Positions 25,557 through 37,548 of a DNA stretch of 64,000 nucleotides are shown piece after piece. Position 1 is the first letter of the stretch; every line of letters begins with the position of its first letter. Position numbers and translations under genes: made by a program. The notes under the pieces were generated by a model. That model did no database searches. It worked only from the letters and a program-made list of their open reading frames with translations, and was not told the DNA's origin. The DNA is from an uncultured Syntrophobacteraceae bacterium (GTDB lineage: Bacteria > Desulfobacterota > Binatia > UBA9968), in assembly GCA_964410485.1 (NCBI GenBank), contig CAYPHJ010000009.1:1106-65105 (forward strand), written 5' to 3'.

Positions 25557-28500
25557 GTCAACCCGGATTACGCGATAAGCTCCAGCGCTTCATTGACGGG
25601 AAATGGCCGGGTCCCAAACGTATTCAGGGCGTTCAAGGCGGGGCACGAGCCTACGTCATGTCTCTTGTCGCCGAGCGCGCTCGGCGACCGATTCTTGCCA
25701 TCACAGGAACTGCGCGGGAGGCGGAGAATCTTTACACTGATCTCTGTTTCTTTTTGGGCGAGGATGGCACGCTGCCGGCGGTGCGAAAGCGTGTTCACCT
25801 CTTGCCATCTTGGGAGGTGCTTCCATTCGAAAAACTCTCTCCCCATCCCGGTAACGTTGCCGCCCGGCTCGAAGCGCTCTACAAGATTATCGAGGAGTCC
25901 GCGCCCGTCCTCATCACCACTCCTGCCGCGCTCATGCAAAAAGTCATTCCGAAGCAGGCGATGAAACAGTCCTATCTCTATCTGGTTGCCGGCCAGGAGC
26001 TGCCGCGCGATGATCTCCTCGAGCATCTGGTGCAATGGGGATTTCAAAATGTTCCATTGGTGGAGGAGCGCGGCGATTTTAGCGCTCGCGGCGGCATCGT
26101 CGATCTATTTTCTCCCGGCTACGCGCGCCCGTTGCGACTGGAGTTCGACGGCGAGCATCTGGCTTCGATCCGGGAATTCAGCCCCGCCAATCAGCGCTCC
26201 GAGCGCTTGCAGGAAGACCTTTTGCTGCTGCCGATGAAGGAATTTTCTCTGAAGCATGCCGGCATGGACGGCGTCCTGCGCAAAATTGACCAGCGCGCCG
26301 CGGAGTTGGAGATCGATCGCCGCGAGAAGAACATTTTGCTGGATTCTTTGCGCGAGGGAATTCCGTTTCCAGGAATGGAGTTTTTGTCGCCCTACTTTTA
26401 TCCCGAATTGGCGCCAATCTATTCTTATTTGCCCGTTGATACCTTGCTATGGGTGGATGCGGTGGATCACGTGGAGGCCGAAGTCGAACGATTCGCCCGG
26501 CTGGCATGGGAGCGCAGCGATCGCGCCAAGGAGGAGCGCCGATTGATTCCTCCCGTGGAGGAACTCTATTTGAGCGAGTATGACTGGCGTGAAGCAGTGG
26601 GGGCGTTTCCTCAGCTGCATGCTGAATCGCTGGTTCTGCTCGCCGCTTCAGAACGGGGTCAGGAGTCGACGCTTACGGTCGAGTCCTTTCTGACTCATGA
26701 TGTCCGTCACGAGGCCGCCGCGCACAGTAAAGAGCTTTCGTTGGCGCCGCTTGTTGATCGTGTCAAGAGTTGGGAAGGCGAGCGCGTTTATTTTGCCGTG
26801 CCGACTCGCGGCGATGCGGGCAAGCTCAGGGACCTTTTGAGCTATCACGGTTTGGAAGTTTCGATCGTGACTGAGCCGGTTCCTTCTCTGCTTGCTCGCG
26901 CCGATCTTCCACGAGCTATCATCTGCGGCCAATTGAGCCAAGGCTTTCGGTTGCCGGATGCGGGTCTAATCCTGCTCACTTTCGATGAGATTTTCGGCAC
27001 CAGAAAAAAACAGCCCATCTTATCCGGCAAGAGCCATCCCAGCCATTTCATTACCAGCCTGAGCGAGCTCAAACAGAATGATCATGTGGTTCATATCGAT
27101 CACGGCATCGGTATTTATCGCGGGCTCAAGTTTCTCGATGTTGGCGGCGTGCGCGGCGAGTTTCTCCATCTGGAATACGAAGGGGGCGACCGCCTTTATC
27201 TGCCAGTGGATCGCATCAATGTCGTCCAGAAATACATCGGCGCCGAGGGTGGCACGCCGCAGCTGGATCGGTTGGGTGGAACTACTTGGGAAAAAGTCAA
27301 GGCGAGAACGAGAAAGTCGATTCTTGCTATGGCTGAAGAGTTGGTGCAGCTCTACGCCCTGCGGCAGGCCCGAGAAGGCACCGCGTTTGCGTCGCCGGAC
27401 GCGCTCTACCGCGAGTTTGAAGCAGCGTTTGAATACGAAGAGACGCCGGACCAGCAGCGTGCGATCGACGAGACGCTTGCCGATATGCAAACACAAAAAC
27501 CCATGGATCGTCTGATCTGCGGGGATGTGGGTTACGGCAAAACCGAGGTCGCGATGAGAGCCGCTTTTCTCGCCGTGGAGGGCGGCAAACAGGTCGCTGT
27601 ACTCGCTCCGACGACGGTCCTGGCGCAGCAGCACCTTCAGACGTTTCGACAACGCTTCCGCAACCACGCGGTGCGCATTGAGATGCTGAGTCGTTTTCTG
27701 ACGACGAAAGAAGCGCAGCAGGTGCTGGAAGGCGCCGCCAAGGGGATTGTGGATGTCGCCATTGGCACGCACCGCCTCTTACAAAAAGATGTCGAGTTCA
27801 AAGATTTGGGCCTGGTAATTGTCGATGAAGAGCATCGTTTTGGCGTTGTACACAAGGAGAGACTGAAAAGACTGCGCCAACTGGTGGACGTGGTCAGCCT
27901 TACGGCAACTCCCATTCCACGCACCCTGCACATGTCGCTCATTGGCATCCGTGATTTAAGCATCATTGAAACTCCGCCGTTGGATCGATTGGCGATTCAG
28001 ACCTACGTCACGCGGTACGATGAACGGGTGATTCGCGACGCTATATTGCGCGAGCTCCAACGCGGAGGGCAGGTCTTTTTTCTCCACAATCGGGTCGAGA
28101 CCATCGATCGCATGGCGCTGAAATTGGCCGACTTGGTGCCGCAGGCGAAAATGGCCGTGGCGCACGGTCAGATGCGGCCCAAGGACCTGGAAAAGGTGAT
28201 GCTCGATTTTTTGGAAACCAAGACCCAGGTCCTGGTCTGCTCCGCGATCATCGAATCCGGCCTGGATTTTCCCAACGCGAACACGATCATCATCAATCGC
28301 GCTGACAAGTTTGGCCTGGCGCAACTCTATCAGCTGCGTGGCCGCGTGGGACGATCGAGCCGGCATGCGTACGCTTATTTGTTGATTCCGGGCGAAAGGG
28401 CAATTACTTCCGATGCTGAAAGAAGGCTGCGAGCACTGCAAGAGCTCGATGGTCTGGGCGGAGGATTCAAGCTCGCGCTGCACGATCTCGAGATCCGCGG

Positions 28501-29101
28501 CGCTGGCAATCTGTTGGGCGAGCAGCAGTCGGGCCAGATCGCCGCGGTGGGCTTCGAGCTCTACACCGAAATGATGGAAAAGGCCGTGCGCGAGCTGAGA
28601 GGGCAAGCGGTCCAACCGGAGGTCGAACCGGAGATTCGTTTAGGCATCCCGGCATACTTTCCCGATGACTACATTCCTGATGCGAACCAACGTCTTTACT
28701 TTTACAAGCGCTTGGCGAGCCTCAAAGAATCGCAGGAACTCAAGGATCTCAGGGAGGAGATCAGAGATCGTTTTGGCGCTTACGGCGCGGAGGTGGAGAA
28801 CCTCTTTCTAGTCATGGAGCTTAGGCGCGTGCTAAAACAGTTTCTTGTGCGCCAGATCAGCGTCTCAGAAGGTCGAGTCTTTGTGCTGTTTCATCCCGAA
28901 TCGCCGGTCAAGGTGGACAAGCTGTTGGAGCTGATCAGAAAGGAACCCATGCGATTCCGCTTGTCACCGGAGGGCCGCTTGTCTTTTGCGCCGCACCAGC
29001 AGGAATGGGAGGCGCTTGTCGGCGAAGTGATCCGATGGCTGCACACGCTCGTCGATCTCCCGGCACAACGCGGCGCTGTGGTAGACCCGCTCCCCGCATG
29101 A
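25553..29101 (+). CDS. mfd: Transcription-repair coupling factor
   Basis: About 1180 aa. UvrB-homology N-terminus, CarD/RID-like HVVHIDHGIGIY, helicase motifs GDVGYGKTEVA and DEEHRFGV, and the TRG region QLRGRVGR. Confidence 0.95.
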   Translation: MSQPGLRDKLQRFIDGKWPGPKRIQGVQGGARAYVMSLVAERARRPILAITGTAREAENLYTDLCFFLGEDGTLPAVRKRVHLLPSWEVLPFEKLSPHPGNVAARLEALYKIIEESAPVLITTPAALMQKVIPKQAMKQSYLYLVAGQELPRDDLLEHLVQWGFQNVPLVEERGDFSARGGIVDLFSPGYARPLRLEFDGEHLASIREFSPANQRSERLQEDLLLLPMKEFSLKHAGMDGVLRKIDQRAAELEIDRREKNILLDSLREGIPFPGMEFLSPYFYPELAPIYSYLPVDTLLWVDAVDHVEAEVERFARLAWERSDRAKEERRLIPPVEELYLSEYDWREAVGAFPQLHAESLVLLAASERGQESTLTVESFLTHDVRHEAAAHSKELSLAPLVDRVKSWEGERVYFAVPTRGDAGKLRDLLSYHGLEVSIVTEPVPSLLARADLPRAIICGQLSQGFRLPDAGLILLTFDEIFGTRKKQPILSGKSHPSHFITSLSELKQNDHVVHIDHGIGIYRGLKFLDVGGVRGEFLHLEYEGGDRLYLPVDRINVVQKYIGAEGGTPQLDRLGGTTWEKVKARTRKSILAMAEELVQLYALRQAREGTAFASPDALYREFEAAFEYEETPDQQRAIDETLADMQTQKPMDRLICGDVGYGKTEVAMRAAFLAVEGGKQVAVLAPTTVLAQQHLQTFRQRFRNHAVRIEMLSRFLTTKEAQQVLEGAAKGIVDVAIGTHRLLQKDVEFKDLGLVIVDEEHRFGVVHKERLKRLRQLVDVVSLTATPIPRTLHMSLIGIRDLSIIETPPLDRLAIQTYVTRYDERVIRDAILRELQRGGQVFFLHNRVETIDRMALKLADLVPQAKMAVAHGQMRPKDLEKVMLDFLETKTQVLVCSAIIESGLDFPNANTIIINRADKFGLAQLYQLRGRVGRSSRHAYAYLLIPGERAITSDAERRLRALQELDGLGGGFKLALHDLEIRGAGNLLGEQQSGQIAAVGFELYTEMMEKAVRELRGQAVQPEVEPEIRLGIPAYFPDDYIPDANQRLYFYKRLASLKESQELKDLREEIRDRFGAYGAEVENLFLVMELRRVLKQFLVRQISVSEGRVFVLFHPESPVKVDKLLELIRKEPMRFRLSPEGRLSFAPHQQEWEALVGEVIRWLHTLVDLPAQRGAVVDPLPA

Positions 29102-29111
29102 ACAAGACGGG

Positions 29112-29158
29112 CTTGAACCAAGGTCAAGGTTCCAGGGTTCACGGTTCAAAGTTAGAAC
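29112..29158. repeat. Short-period word array / hairpin (GGTTCA-type) after the mfd stop
   Basis: The sequence is CTTGAACCAAGGTCAAGGTTCCAGGGTTCACGGTTCAAAGTTAGAAC. CTTGAACC can pair with GGTTCAAG-like words. Confidence 0.6.
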
Positions 29159-29335
29159 ACAAACAGCGTCACTCGGGAAAACCCGTTGGCTTTCGTTGGC
29201 TGTTATGATACGCATGGCAAATAAGCCAGAAGTAAACATTTCGGGCAGTCACGGCTCAAGATCCTTTTTAAATAAACAATTGCAACCTCCAGCTCAGCCC
29301 ACGAATTGACATGCAGAGGCCATAAGGAGTATTGC

Positions 29336-30577
29336 ATGAGGCAAATCGTAGAAAGCAGTCTCGTCTTCGTTTTTCTCCTGATGTTCCTCACAACGGGAGT
29401 AAACGCGAACATTGTCGACCGGCTGATTGCCGTTATCGACGGCGAGCCCTATACGCTGCGCTATTTGGGATCCTACGCCAAAACCAAGATGAACCGCTCA
29501 TTTCCTACGGGGGATCTGGCAGCCATCAACGATAACGATCGAGAGGTGCTAGAGCAGTTTCTCACGGACAAACTCCTGGAAGCAGAGGTGCGCGAAGCCG
29601 GGATTAGAATCGGCACGGCTCAGGTCGACCAGTACATCGAGCAGATCAAGAGCAGAAACCAATTGACCGATCAGGATCTCACCGAGCTGCTGAAGCATGA
29701 AGGGCACACGCTCGAGAGCTATCGGGCCTCCGTCAAAAGCGAGTTAGAAAAACATGAGCTCATCGATCGCCAGGTGAAGAGGCGGGTGAACATCACCGAT
29801 GAAGATGTCGAGCGCTACTACCAGCTCAACGCCGACAAGTATCGCGTCGATGATCGCGCCCGTTTGCGGCACATCTTGTTGCCTCTGGAGCGGAGCACAA
29901 CCGAGGAAGAGGCTCAAAGGGCGATGAGTAAAGGTCGGGAGTTATACAAACGGATCAGGGCGGGCGAAGACTTCGCGGAGCTCGCCCGGCAATTTTCTCA
30001 GGGTGCCGGATACGCTGATGGCGGCGATATCGGCTGGGTGCGTCGCGGAACTTTGTTGAGTTCGCTTGAAGATGTCGCATTTGACAAACTGGCTCTGGGT
30101 CAGGTGAGTGAACCGTTCCGCACCAGCATGGGTATTCATATCGTTAAGGTGGAGGCTCGCGACAAAGGTAGCTTGGTTCCGCTTGCCCGCGTGGCGCCAA
30201 AGATCAAGGAAGATCTCTACGGCAAAATTATGGAAGAGCGTTTTGCCAAATGGGTGAAAACGGACCTGCGGCGAAAACACCGGGTTGACGTAAAAATTCC
30301 GGGCGTGGAGTTCAAGGCCGAAGATTCGAAGGAAGGTACCGTCGACCAACTCCTGGCCAGATCGACGCGATTAAATCGCCGGCAGGAACGGAGTTTTCTC
30401 AGCTATTTGAACCCGTTTTCCTATATAACCAGTGAGACGCCTATCGAAGAAGCCGATCCCACCAGCCCGCTTTACGGTAAGAACGTGGTGAGCATCTTCG
30501 GTGTTCCCCTGTTCACACGGGATGTCATAGAGGAGGTTCCGGACGTCTTGTCCGAACCCGGCCCCGCGACTCGGTGA
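29336..30577 (+). CDS. surA: SurA-like periplasmic chaperone / parvulin-type peptidyl-prolyl isomerase
   Basis: AAGGAG lies 7 nt upstream of ATG 29336. Signal peptide, then a SurA N-domain pattern (DRLIAVIDGEPYT) and one parvulin domain (LRHILL...GGDIGWV...MGIHIVKV). Followed by pdxA, as in many diderms. Confidence 0.8.
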   Translation: MRQIVESSLVFVFLLMFLTTGVNANIVDRLIAVIDGEPYTLRYLGSYAKTKMNRSFPTGDLAAINDNDREVLEQFLTDKLLEAEVREAGIRIGTAQVDQYIEQIKSRNQLTDQDLTELLKHEGHTLESYRASVKSELEKHELIDRQVKRRVNITDEDVERYYQLNADKYRVDDRARLRHILLPLERSTTEEEAQRAMSKGRELYKRIRAGEDFAELARQFSQGAGYADGGDIGWVRRGTLLSSLEDVAFDKLALGQVSEPFRTSMGIHIVKVEARDKGSLVPLARVAPKIKEDLYGKIMEERFAKWVKTDLRRKHRVDVKIPGVEFKAEDSKEGTVDQLLARSTRLNRRQERSFLSYLNPFSYITSETPIEEADPTSPLYGKNVVSIFGVPLFTRDVIEEVPDVLSEPGPATR

Positions 30578-30738
30578 CAAGGCTTCGCGTCCAGAGCGTC
30601 GGCGAGCTTTGATTTCCCTTCAGTCCAATCAGCTTTAACAGGCGACATTTCGCATAGGCGTGTTGTTGCTGCTCTTGCCTCCGTTTGTCGAAGCGGGGAT
30701 AATCAGGGCGATGCGTATTCGGCAAATAGACAATTTCA

Positions 30739-31764
30739 ATGGCAACTAAGCCGATTGTCGCCGTGACCATGGGCGATCCGGCCGGTATTGGTCCGGAAGT
30801 CGTGGTGAAGGCACTCGGGCATCCGGCCGTAAAGCGGGCGTGCTACCCGGTGGTTTTGGGTGACTGGCAGGTCCTTCAAAGAACGCAAGCACGAACAAAT
30901 GGCGCGCCAAAACTCATCTGTTGGCGTCCCGGGCAGCCGCTCTTGCCTTTGCTTCGTCTTGAAGGAAGTCATGTAGTTTTCCCGCTTTCGTCTTTAACGT
31001 TAAAGGAATCGCGGCCCGCCACGCCGTCAAAGGCTGCGGGTCATGCCGTATACCGGTATATCGTCGTGGCGGTGAAACTGGTGCTCTCCGGCGTGGCCGG
31101 TGCTATTGCCACGGCTCCGATCAGCAAAAGCCTCCTCCGAAGCGCGGGTTACAATTATCCTGGACACACGGAGTTGCTGGCGGAACTGAGTCGGACGGTG
31201 GAGTGTCGCATGATGTTGCTAGGCAAGAAGCTGCGCGTTGTCCTGGTTACGGGACACGTCGGATTCCGCCAAGTTACCCGTTGCCTCACGCGAGGGAGTA
31301 TAGGCGCGACGCTGGCATTGACGGATCGGAGCTTGCGGGAGTTGTTTGGCATTGCGCGTCCCAACATCGCCGTGGCGGCTTTGAACCCACACGGCGGGGA
31401 AGAAGGTATTTTCGGCAGCGAGGAAAAAGAAACTATCGTACCGGCGATTCAAGCCGCACAGCGAGCCGGCATGAGAGTTTACGGACCCTTTCCTGCTGAC
31501 AGTCTCTTTTATCGGGCGGCGCGGGGAGACTATGATGCAGTCGTGTGCATGTACCACGATCAGGGACTGATTCCTTTGAAGCTGCACCATTTTTTTGGCG
31601 GTGTGGCGCTGACATTAGGACCGCCGTTCATTCGAACCTCGGTCGACCACGGCACGGCTTACGACATTGCGGGGAAAAACCGCGCGGATGACTCGAGTAT
31701 GAGAGAGGCAATTCTGCTTGCGGCCGCGCTGGCGAGACAGCAGAACAGGCGGAGGAAACAATGA
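30739..31764 (+). CDS. pdxA: 4-hydroxythreonine-4-phosphate dehydrogenase
   Basis: AVTMGDPAGIGPEV, YPGHTELLA, ALNPHGGE and MYHDQGLIPLK blocks. Confidence 0.9.
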   Translation: MATKPIVAVTMGDPAGIGPEVVVKALGHPAVKRACYPVVLGDWQVLQRTQARTNGAPKLICWRPGQPLLPLLRLEGSHVVFPLSSLTLKESRPATPSKAAGHAVYRYIVVAVKLVLSGVAGAIATAPISKSLLRSAGYNYPGHTELLAELSRTVECRMMLLGKKLRVVLVTGHVGFRQVTRCLTRGSIGATLALTDRSLRELFGIARPNIAVAALNPHGGEEGIFGSEEKETIVPAIQAAQRAGMRVYGPFPADSLFYRAARGDYDAVVCMYHDQGLIPLKLHHFFGGVALTLGPPFIRTSVDHGTAYDIAGKNRADDSSMREAILLAAALARQQNRRRKQ

Positions 31765-33116
31765 ACCCGTCGATCTTTCGAGAGTACGACATCCGGGGTT
31801 TGGCGGAGACGGACTTCGACCAAGAATTCGCACTGTTACTTGGCAAAGTGCATGGCACAGTCATACGCGAGGGCGGAGGCACTCGAGTGGCAGTAGGGCG
31901 GGATTGTCGTGCCACCTCAAATTCGTATGCTGAGGCGGTGATTGCCGGGATGTCGGCTACGGGATTGCACGTTTACGATATTGGAGTTTGTCCTACGCCG
32001 TTACTTTACTTTTCTTTGTATCACCTCGGTCTCGACGGCGGCATTCAGGTCACTGCCAGTCACAATCCGTCGGAGTATAACGGGTTCAAGCTATGTACGG
32101 GCAAGGACACCCTTTACGGTAAAAGCATTCAGGAGATCCGCAGCAGAATGGAACGCCGGGAGTTTCACACACAGCCCGGAGGGAAAGTTGAAGCCTACGC
32201 GATCTTACCGCCGTATCAAGGATATCTGCTGCGCGACGTACCGAAGTTAGCCCGGCCTTTGAGGGTCGTCGTGGATGCCGGCAGCGGCACTGCCGGTCCC
32301 GTGGCGCCATCTATTTTCCGTCAATTGGGGTGCACGATATGGGAAATTGCGTGCGTGCCGGACGGGAATTTTCCCATCCACCATCCCGATCCGACGGTGC
32401 CCGAGAACCTTGAGCTACTGATTGAGAAAGTAAAGCAGGAAAAAGCCGATCTCGGCATCGCCTATGACGGCGATGCCGACCGCATCGGTGCCGTGGACGA
32501 AAAAGGGAAGATTTTGTGGGGGGACGAGCTATTGGTCCTGTTCTCACGCGATGTTCTCGAACGTAATCCCAACGCCATCATCATTTCCGAGGTGAAATGT
32601 TCTCAGCGCCTGTATGACGATATTGCAAAAAGCGGCGGCCGGCCCATTATGTGGAAGGCCGGTCATTCTCTACTGAAAGCCAAGATGAAGGAAACCGGTG
32701 CACTTTTGGCCGGTGAGATGAGCGGCCATATGTTTTTTGCGGAGCGTTATTTCGGCTACGACGATGCAATTTACGCCTCGCTTAGACTGTTGGAGATTAT
32801 GGCGACAGCCGGACGACCGCTGTCCACCCTCCTATCCGACCTGCCGCCAGCGGTTTCAACGCCGGAATTACGCGTTGACTGCGCCGACGATAAAAAATTT
32901 ATTATCGCGCAGCGAGCGCAGGAATATTTTCGCCGCCATTACCCGGTCATCGATATTGACGGTGTGCGTGTGAAGTTTCCGGAAGGCTGGGGGCTCATTC
33001 GCGCTTCCAATACGCAACCCGCGCTGGTCTTGCGCTTTGAAGCAGCGTCGTGGGAAAAATTAAACGAGTACCGCGCGATCGTCGAAGACAAGCTGAAGGA
33101 TCTCGAGACCGAGTAG
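31761..33116 (+). CDS. Phosphomannomutase/phosphoglucomutase
   Basis: ATGA overlap with pdxA. Active-site loop TASHNPSEYNGFK, metal loop DGDADR and sugar loop GEMSGH. Confidence 0.9.
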   Translation: MNPSIFREYDIRGLAETDFDQEFALLLGKVHGTVIREGGGTRVAVGRDCRATSNSYAEAVIAGMSATGLHVYDIGVCPTPLLYFSLYHLGLDGGIQVTASHNPSEYNGFKLCTGKDTLYGKSIQEIRSRMERREFHTQPGGKVEAYAILPPYQGYLLRDVPKLARPLRVVVDAGSGTAGPVAPSIFRQLGCTIWEIACVPDGNFPIHHPDPTVPENLELLIEKVKQEKADLGIAYDGDADRIGAVDEKGKILWGDELLVLFSRDVLERNPNAIIISEVKCSQRLYDDIAKSGGRPIMWKAGHSLLKAKMKETGALLAGEMSGHMFFAERYFGYDDAIYASLRLLEIMATAGRPLSTLLSDLPPAVSTPELRVDCADDKKFIIAQRAQEYFRRHYPVIDIDGVRVKFPEGWGLIRASNTQPALVLRFEAASWEKLNEYRAIVEDKLKDLETE

Positions 33117-33126
33117 GGGCCAATGC

Positions 33127-33185
33127 CGGGTTCCGGGTCTCGCGTTTCGGGTGTCGAGTTTGGGAGGGAACCTGAAACCTGAAAC
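33127..33185. repeat. Short-period word array / imperfect hairpin (GTTTCGGG versus CCTGAAAC)
   Basis: The sequence is CGGGTTCCGGGTCTCGCGTTTCGGGTGTCGAGTTTGGGAGGGAACCTGAAACCTGAAAC. It shares GGAACCTGAA (33167-33176) with 40851-40860. Confidence 0.6.
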
Positions 33186-33274
33186 AGTTGTCTGTGCCAT
33201 CGTCCCTCCAGGACCCACCGTCCGATCCAAGATACCGCATTTGTCGCTGCATGCACGAGCAATCCGGGGTAGGA

Positions 33275-35827
33275 ATGCCTGGCCATATTATTGTCAGAGG
33301 CGCTCGAGTTCATAACCTGAAGAACATCGATGTCGAAATTCCCCATGGCCGGCTTGTGGTTATCACCGGGGTTTCCGGTTCGGGCAAGTCGTCTTTGGCC
33401 TTCGATACTCTCTACGCCGAGGGTCAACGAAGATATCTCGAGTCTCTCGCTATCGACGCCAGGCAATTCTTACAGCAACTGGAAAAGCCCGACGTTGACT
33501 CCATCGAAGGACTTTCTCCCGCCATTGCGATCCAAGCGAAAGCAGGTATTTCGAACCCGCGCTCGACGGTCGGCACCATGACCGAGATCTACGACTATTT
33601 GCGCCTTCTATTTGCGCGCATTGGGCAGCCAACGTGTCTCGAGTGCGGGTGGGAAGTGGTGGCCGAGAGCGGCGAACAAATCGTAGATCGGTTGCGCGGT
33701 CTCCCTCCCGGTTCACGCCTTATTATTATGGCGCCGGTCGCGGTACATTCCAAAAAGGAAGCTGAAGAAAAGTTGAGAGAGCTGTCGCGGCAGGGATTTA
33801 TCCGGGTCATGGTCGCAGGCGAGGCACACGAGCTACCCGGGGAAATCGATCTCAAAGCCGATCCGCCGTACGATATCCATCTGGTAGTGGACCGCCTTTC
33901 TGTCCGCGAGGGGATTGAAAGGCGGCTGGCCGACTCCGTCGAGCTCGGGTTACGTTTCGGCAATGGCTTCATCAAAGTCGCCGTCTCCGGCACTGATTCA
34001 AAAGCCGCGCGCGAATTGATCTTCAGCCAGAAACTTAGCTGCGTTCGCTGCGGCATTACTGTCCCCGAGATTACCCCGCGCCTCTTTTCTTTCAACACTC
34101 CCCAGGGAGCCTGCCGCGCGTGCGGCGGATTGGGGCTTGAGCCGCAACAGGGTGGCCGTGCGGCTGTCCAAGCGGGCGGTGCTGAGCGATCTGCATGTCC
34201 GAAGTGTAACGGGACACGTCTGAAGCCCGAAAGTCTCGCTGTGAAATTGGGGGGAAAGAGCATTGCAGAGTTGGCTGCCATGCCTGTGCGCGAGGCCGGC
34301 GATTTCCTCGCGGGGCTGAAGCTGGACGAAAGGAAGCGTGCCATCGCTGGGAAGATCCTGGACGAAACCGTGAGCCGGCTGGGGTTTTTGGTTCGCTTGG
34401 GACTTGACTATCTCACACTTGACAGGCGTTCGCCCACTCTTTCGGGTGGAGAAGCTCAGCGCGTGCGGCTGGCCACGCAAATCGGGTCCGGTTTGGCAGG
34501 GGTTCTTTATGTTCTCGATGAGCCGAGTATCGGACTGCATCAAAGAGACACTGCCCAACTGCTGGAGATACTCAAAAGTTTACGAGAGGGGGGCAACTCT
34601 GTTCTTGTGGTCGAGCACGATCCCGAAACCATTGTGGCGGCAGAGTGGATCATCGACATGGGCCCGGGGGCCGGTGTGAACGGTGGTCAAGTGATTGCTC
34701 AGGGCACGCCTGCTCAGCTCATGACAGACCAAAATTCGCTGACGGGGCAATATCTTTCTGGGCGATTGAATATTCGTGTGCCGTCCGATCGCAAACAGAA
34801 GGGTGGTTTTTTGATTATCGAGGGAGTGCGGGAAAATAATCTAAAGAATCTTACGGTGAAGTTTCCCGTTGGCGCGATCACCTGTGTAACTGGCGTTTCA
34901 GGTTCGGGGAAAAGCAGCCTGGTTATGAATAGCCTCTTTAACGCTGTGGCGCAGCGACTGCAGCGCTCAAGCGGGCGACGAGTCGGACAATTTGACATCC
35001 TCCGCGGCTGGGAGCACTTTGACCGCGTCGTTGGCGTTGATCAAGGACCGATTGGGCGTGCGCCACGTTCCAATCCGGCGACGTATACGGGCGCCTATGA
35101 GCAAATCCGCGATCTGTTTGCGCAATTACCGGACGCCAGAGTCCGTGGTTACAAAGCTGACCGGTTTTCGTTTAATCTAAGTGGCGGACGTTGCGAAAGT
35201 TGCGCCGGCGAGGGCTTGATTCGCGTCGACATGTACTTCCTGCCGGAGATTTATGTGGTATGTGATGTCTGTCAGGGCAAGCGTTACAACCGCGAGACGC
35301 TCGAAATCAAGTATAAGGGGCTGAGCATCGCGGATATCTTGGACCTGACGGTAAATCAGGCACTTGAGCTGTTGGGTGGGATCCCTCCGCTGGCCGAAAA
35401 ATTACGCGCGTTGCGGGAGGTCGGATTAGGCTACCTTCGGCTCGGTCAGCCTGCCCCATCTTTATCCGGCGGCGAGGCCCAGAGAGTCAAGCTGGCCCGC
35501 GAGCTCGCGCGAAGAGCGGCCGGAAGATCTCTATACGTGCTGGATGAGCCGACCAGTGGGCTACATTTCCAGGATGTCAGGCAACTCTTGGACGTGCTAC
35601 AGCGTCTAACCGCTTCGGGAAACACTGTGATCATCGTTGAGCATAATCTGGACATCATAAAATCTGCTGATTATATTGTTGATCTCGGACCCGAAGGGGG
35701 GCTGCAGGGTGGTTGGATTGTGGCCCAGGGCACACCGGAAGAGATAGCAGAAAGCAAGGGATCACACACGGGTCGTTATCTCAAGAAACTGCTATCTAAC
35801 CGCTCCAGCAACCAAGCAGGAGACTGA
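33275..35827 (+). CDS. uvrA: Excinuclease ABC subunit A lacking the insertion domain
   Basis: [23 protein letters not shown], two LSGGEAQR signatures, Zn modules CLEC...CVRC and CRAC...CPKC, and the C-terminal CESC...CDVC. About 850 aa from ATG 33275. Confidence 0.9.
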   Translation: MPGHIIVRGARVHNLKNIDVEIPHGRLVVITGVSGSGKSSLAFDTLYAEGQRRYLESLAIDARQFLQQLEKPDVDSIEGLSPAIAIQAKAGISNPRSTVGTMTEIYDYLRLLFARIGQPTCLECGWEVVAESGEQIVDRLRGLPPGSRLIIMAPVAVHSKKEAEEKLRELSRQGFIRVMVAGEAHELPGEIDLKADPPYDIHLVVDRLSVREGIERRLADSVELGLRFGNGFIKVAVSGTDSKAARELIFSQKLSCVRCGITVPEITPRLFSFNTPQGACRACGGLGLEPQQGGRAAVQAGGAERSACPKCNGTRLKPESLAVKLGGKSIAELAAMPVREAGDFLAGLKLDERKRAIAGKILDETVSRLGFLVRLGLDYLTLDRRSPTLSGGEAQRVRLATQIGSGLAGVLYVLDEPSIGLHQRDTAQLLEILKSLREGGNSVLVVEHDPETIVAAEWIIDMGPGAGVNGGQVIAQGTPAQLMTDQNSLTGQYLSGRLNIRVPSDRKQKGGFLIIEGVRENNLKNLTVKFPVGAITCVTGVSGSGKSSLVMNSLFNAVAQRLQRSSGRRVGQFDILRGWEHFDRVVGVDQGPIGRAPRSNPATYTGAYEQIRDLFAQLPDARVRGYKADRFSFNLSGGRCESCAGEGLIRVDMYFLPEIYVVCDVCQGKRYNRETLEIKYKGLSIADILDLTVNQALELLGGIPPLAEKLRALREVGLGYLRLGQPAPSLSGGEAQRVKLARELARRAAGRSLYVLDEPTSGLHFQDVRQLLDVLQRLTASGNTVIIVEHNLDIIKSADYIVDLGPEGGLQGGWIVAQGTPEEIAESKGSHTGRYLKKLLSNRSSNQAGD

Positions 35828-35877
35828 GCTCCATAACACTAAAAATATCTAATTAATTCAAGTGCTTATATATATTG

Positions 35878-35906
35878 TTGACTCCTGGAGGGGATTTCGC
35901 TAGTTT
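35878..35906 (+). promoter_or_regulatory. Candidate sigma-70-type promoter of the Fe-S operon
   Basis: TTGACT (35878-35883), a 17-nt spacer, then TAGTTT (35901-35906). It sits in the only strongly AT-rich stretch (35830-35948) upstream of iscS. Confidence 0.35.
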
Positions 35907-35948
35907 AATATCAGACCAAAAAGGTATGGAATACACGAGAGACAACAA

Positions 35949-37175
<1,227 letters not shown>

Positions 37176-37197
37176 TTGCAGACGGAGATCTTAACTT

Positions 37198-37527
37198 ATG
37201 GCTACGGCAATTGATGTGACGGAACGCGCGGCGGCAAAAATCAAACAGATTCTCGCAGCGGAAAACAAAGAAGGTCATGGATTGCGAGTCAAAATCGTAG
37301 GTGGAGGGTGCTCGGGGCTGCAATACAAGGTGGATTTCGACATACCCAAGGCCACCGACAAGATCTTTGAGAAGGATGGGGCAAAAGTTCTCGTCGATAT
37401 GAAGAGCTTGCTCTATCTCAGCGGCACCGAACTGGACTACAAGGAAGAATTGATGCAGTCGGGTTTTGTGTTTCAGAATCCTAATGTGAAACGGGCCTGC
37501 GGTTGCGGCGCGTCTTTCGCCGTTTAA
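37198..37527 (+). CDS. A-type Fe-S cluster carrier (IscA/SufA/ErpA, HesB family)
   Basis: 109 aa with GGGCSGLQY and C-terminal CGCGASF. Confidence 0.9.
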   Translation: MATAIDVTERAAAKIKQILAAENKEGHGLRVKIVGGGCSGLQYKVDFDIPKATDKIFEKDGAKVLVDMKSLLYLSGTELDYKEELMQSGFVFQNPNVKRACGCGASFAV

Positions 37528-37548
37528 AAAGGAAAAGCGGACGGAAAC

